Assembly (NCBI GenBank): GCA_018001225.1
Contig: JAGNIJ010000009.1
Location: forward strand, 821-64,820
Origin: Kiritimatiellia bacterium
GTDB lineage: Bacteria > Verrucomicrobiota > Kiritimatiellia > CAIQIC01 > JAGNIJ01
Length of the DNA: 64,000 nucleotides
Reading direction: 5' to 3'
This document shows, piece after piece, positions 62,956-64,000 of this stretch. Position 1 is the stretch's first letter. The number at the start of each line of letters is the position of its first letter. The notes under the pieces are model-generated. The model was not told the origin of the DNA. It was given only the letters and a program-made list of their open reading frames with translations, and did not search any database. A program made the translations under genes and the position numbers.

Positions 62956-64000
62956 ATGAAACTGGATGTCCAAAAAGTCGCCCGGTGGATCAAGGCCCAC
63001 ATCTGGGGTCCGACCGGGTCCGTCATCATCCACATCCTGGTGGTCCTGGCCCTGCTCAAGCTGGTCACCGGCCGCTCGTCCGACAAGGCGCCCGAGATCG
63101 AGGTCATGATGATGGAGCCGGACGCCGTGGACCTGGAGGAATTCGAGGAGGAACTGGAGAAGCTGGAGGAGCTGCCGGAGATGGTCGATGCCATCACGCC
63201 GCCCGAGGTGACCCTGACCGAGCAGCCCCCGGACGTCTCCAGCGATTTCGCCGCGCCGGACCCGACCGTGGACTTCGCGGCGCTCGACGTGCAGCAGGAT
63301 TTTTCCAGCCCGCTCGTCATGCAGGGCCTGTTCGCGGGCCGCTCGGCCGGCGGGCGCGCGTCGAGCCTGCGCGAGTACGGCGGCCAGTGGGGCCAGTATA
63401 CCGAGGCGGCCGTGCTGCGCGCCCTCGAGTGGCTCAAGAACCGGCAGAATCCCGACGGCAGCTGGAAGGGGCGGCTCGATCCGGATACCGTGGGCTACAC
63501 CGGGTTGGCCATCCTGACCTTCCTCGCGCACGGCGAGACGACGGCCTCGGAGAAATACGGCGCCACCGTGGAGAAGGGGATCCGCTATCTCATGGGCCGG
63601 CAGGAGGAGAACGGCGCCTTTTTCAAGAAGTTCGACGGCAGCGGACCGGTCTATGCCCAGGCGATCGCCACGTATGCGCTTAGCGAGGCCTATGGATTGA
63701 CCCGCATTCCCGCGCTCAAGCCCGTGATGGACAAGGCCGTCAAGGTGCTCATCGACGGCCAGCAGGCCCGGGGCGGATGGGACTACAGTTACGCCAAGGG
63801 CGCGCGGCGTGACACCTCCGTGACCGGCTGGCACGTCCAGGCGCTCAAGGCGGCCTACATCGCGGGCGCGGAAACGCCGGGCATTCATGAAGCCATGGAA
63901 AAGGCCCTGATGGACATTCGCTCCATCCAGGATCCGGAGACCGGCACCTTCGGCTACACCAGCCAGACCGACCGGAAGTCGGCGAAATCCCTGGGCATGA
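62956..64000 (+). CDS. Membrane-anchored prenyltransferase/squalene-oxidase-repeat (alpha/alpha toroid) protein with TonB-like N-terminus; partial, runs off the window (>348 aa)
   Basis: Not in the ORF track (no stop). My translation: MKLDVQ...TGSVIIHILVVLALL (TM), acidic/Pro linker, RALEWLKNRQNPDGSW, TGLAILTFLAHG, YL..RQEENG, GQQARGGWDY, DTSVTGW..QALKAA. Confidence 0.82.
   Translation, partial: MKLDVQKVARWIKAHIWGPTGSVIIHILVVLALLKLVTGRSSDKAPEIEVMMMEPDAVDLEEFEEELEKLEELPEMVDAITPPEVTLTEQPPDVSSDFAAPDPTVDFAALDVQQDFSSPLVMQGLFAGRSAGGRASSLREYGGQWGQYTEAAVLRALEWLKNRQNPDGSWKGRLDPDTVGYTGLAILTFLAHGETTASEKYGATVEKGIRYLMGRQEENGAFFKKFDGSGPVYAQAIATYALSEAYGLTRIPALKPVMDKAVKVLIDGQQARGGWDYSYAKGARRDTSVTGWHVQALKAAYIAGAETPGIHEAMEKALMDIRSIQDPETGTFGYTSQTDRKSAKSLGM

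Noticed and set aside
57508-63888. Very long antisense ORFs (57508..60381, 61165..63888, also 8334..10880, 29568..32597, 36356..38374, 39690..42095)
   Set aside because: They mirror well-supported genes on the opposite strand; stop-poor shadow frames are expected at about 70% GC, and the translations have no motifs
1-64000. Prophage, integron, defence island, rRNA or tRNA genes
   Set aside because: No integrase, terminase, capsid, methylase, attC-like array or structural RNA signature recognised

Overview
High-GC (about 70% by eye), gene-dense bacterial chromosomal window. The gene content suggests a PVC-superphylum organism, most likely Kiritimatiellae (inference): PEP-CTERM protein, choice-of-anchor-Q/beta-helix surface proteins, FGE-sulfatase-domain proteins and a TPR-ExbB-ExbD-ExbD-prenyltransferase-fold cluster. 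About 47 CDSs are supported, the last running off the right edge. Housekeeping genes: cfa, selA-selB-selD, miaB, an Rrf2 regulator, a BtuFCD/FecBCD-type ABC importer, PTS EIIA plus CPA2 antiporter, a lipid A acyltransferase, murJ, lemA-htpX and pyrC. They are interspersed with large secreted modular proteins, four of which end in the same ~95-aa C-terminal module. No tRNA, rRNA, CRISPR array, transposase, integrase or phage gene was recognised. Several families of short palindromic intergenic repeats and one 165-bp direct duplication are present. Best candidates for undescribed biology: (1) a tight four-gene operon at 38.5-42.8 kb encoding two Zn-ribbon/TM/double-OB-fold proteins, an archaeal-type TctA/DUF112 permease and a YdjM-type metallohydrolase with a large insertion; (2) SelD fused to a miniature ferredoxin:thioredoxin-reductase-like Cys cluster domain; (3) a TonB-like (SxxxH anchor) protein with a prenyltransferase-type toroid downstream of exbB/exbD/exbD; (4) a queuosine-salvage (QNG1/DUF2419)-like glycosylase with an added EndoIII-like 4-Cys motif; (5) the shared C-terminal module of the secreted proteins. 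All family assignments come from motif recognition by eye; no database search was run.
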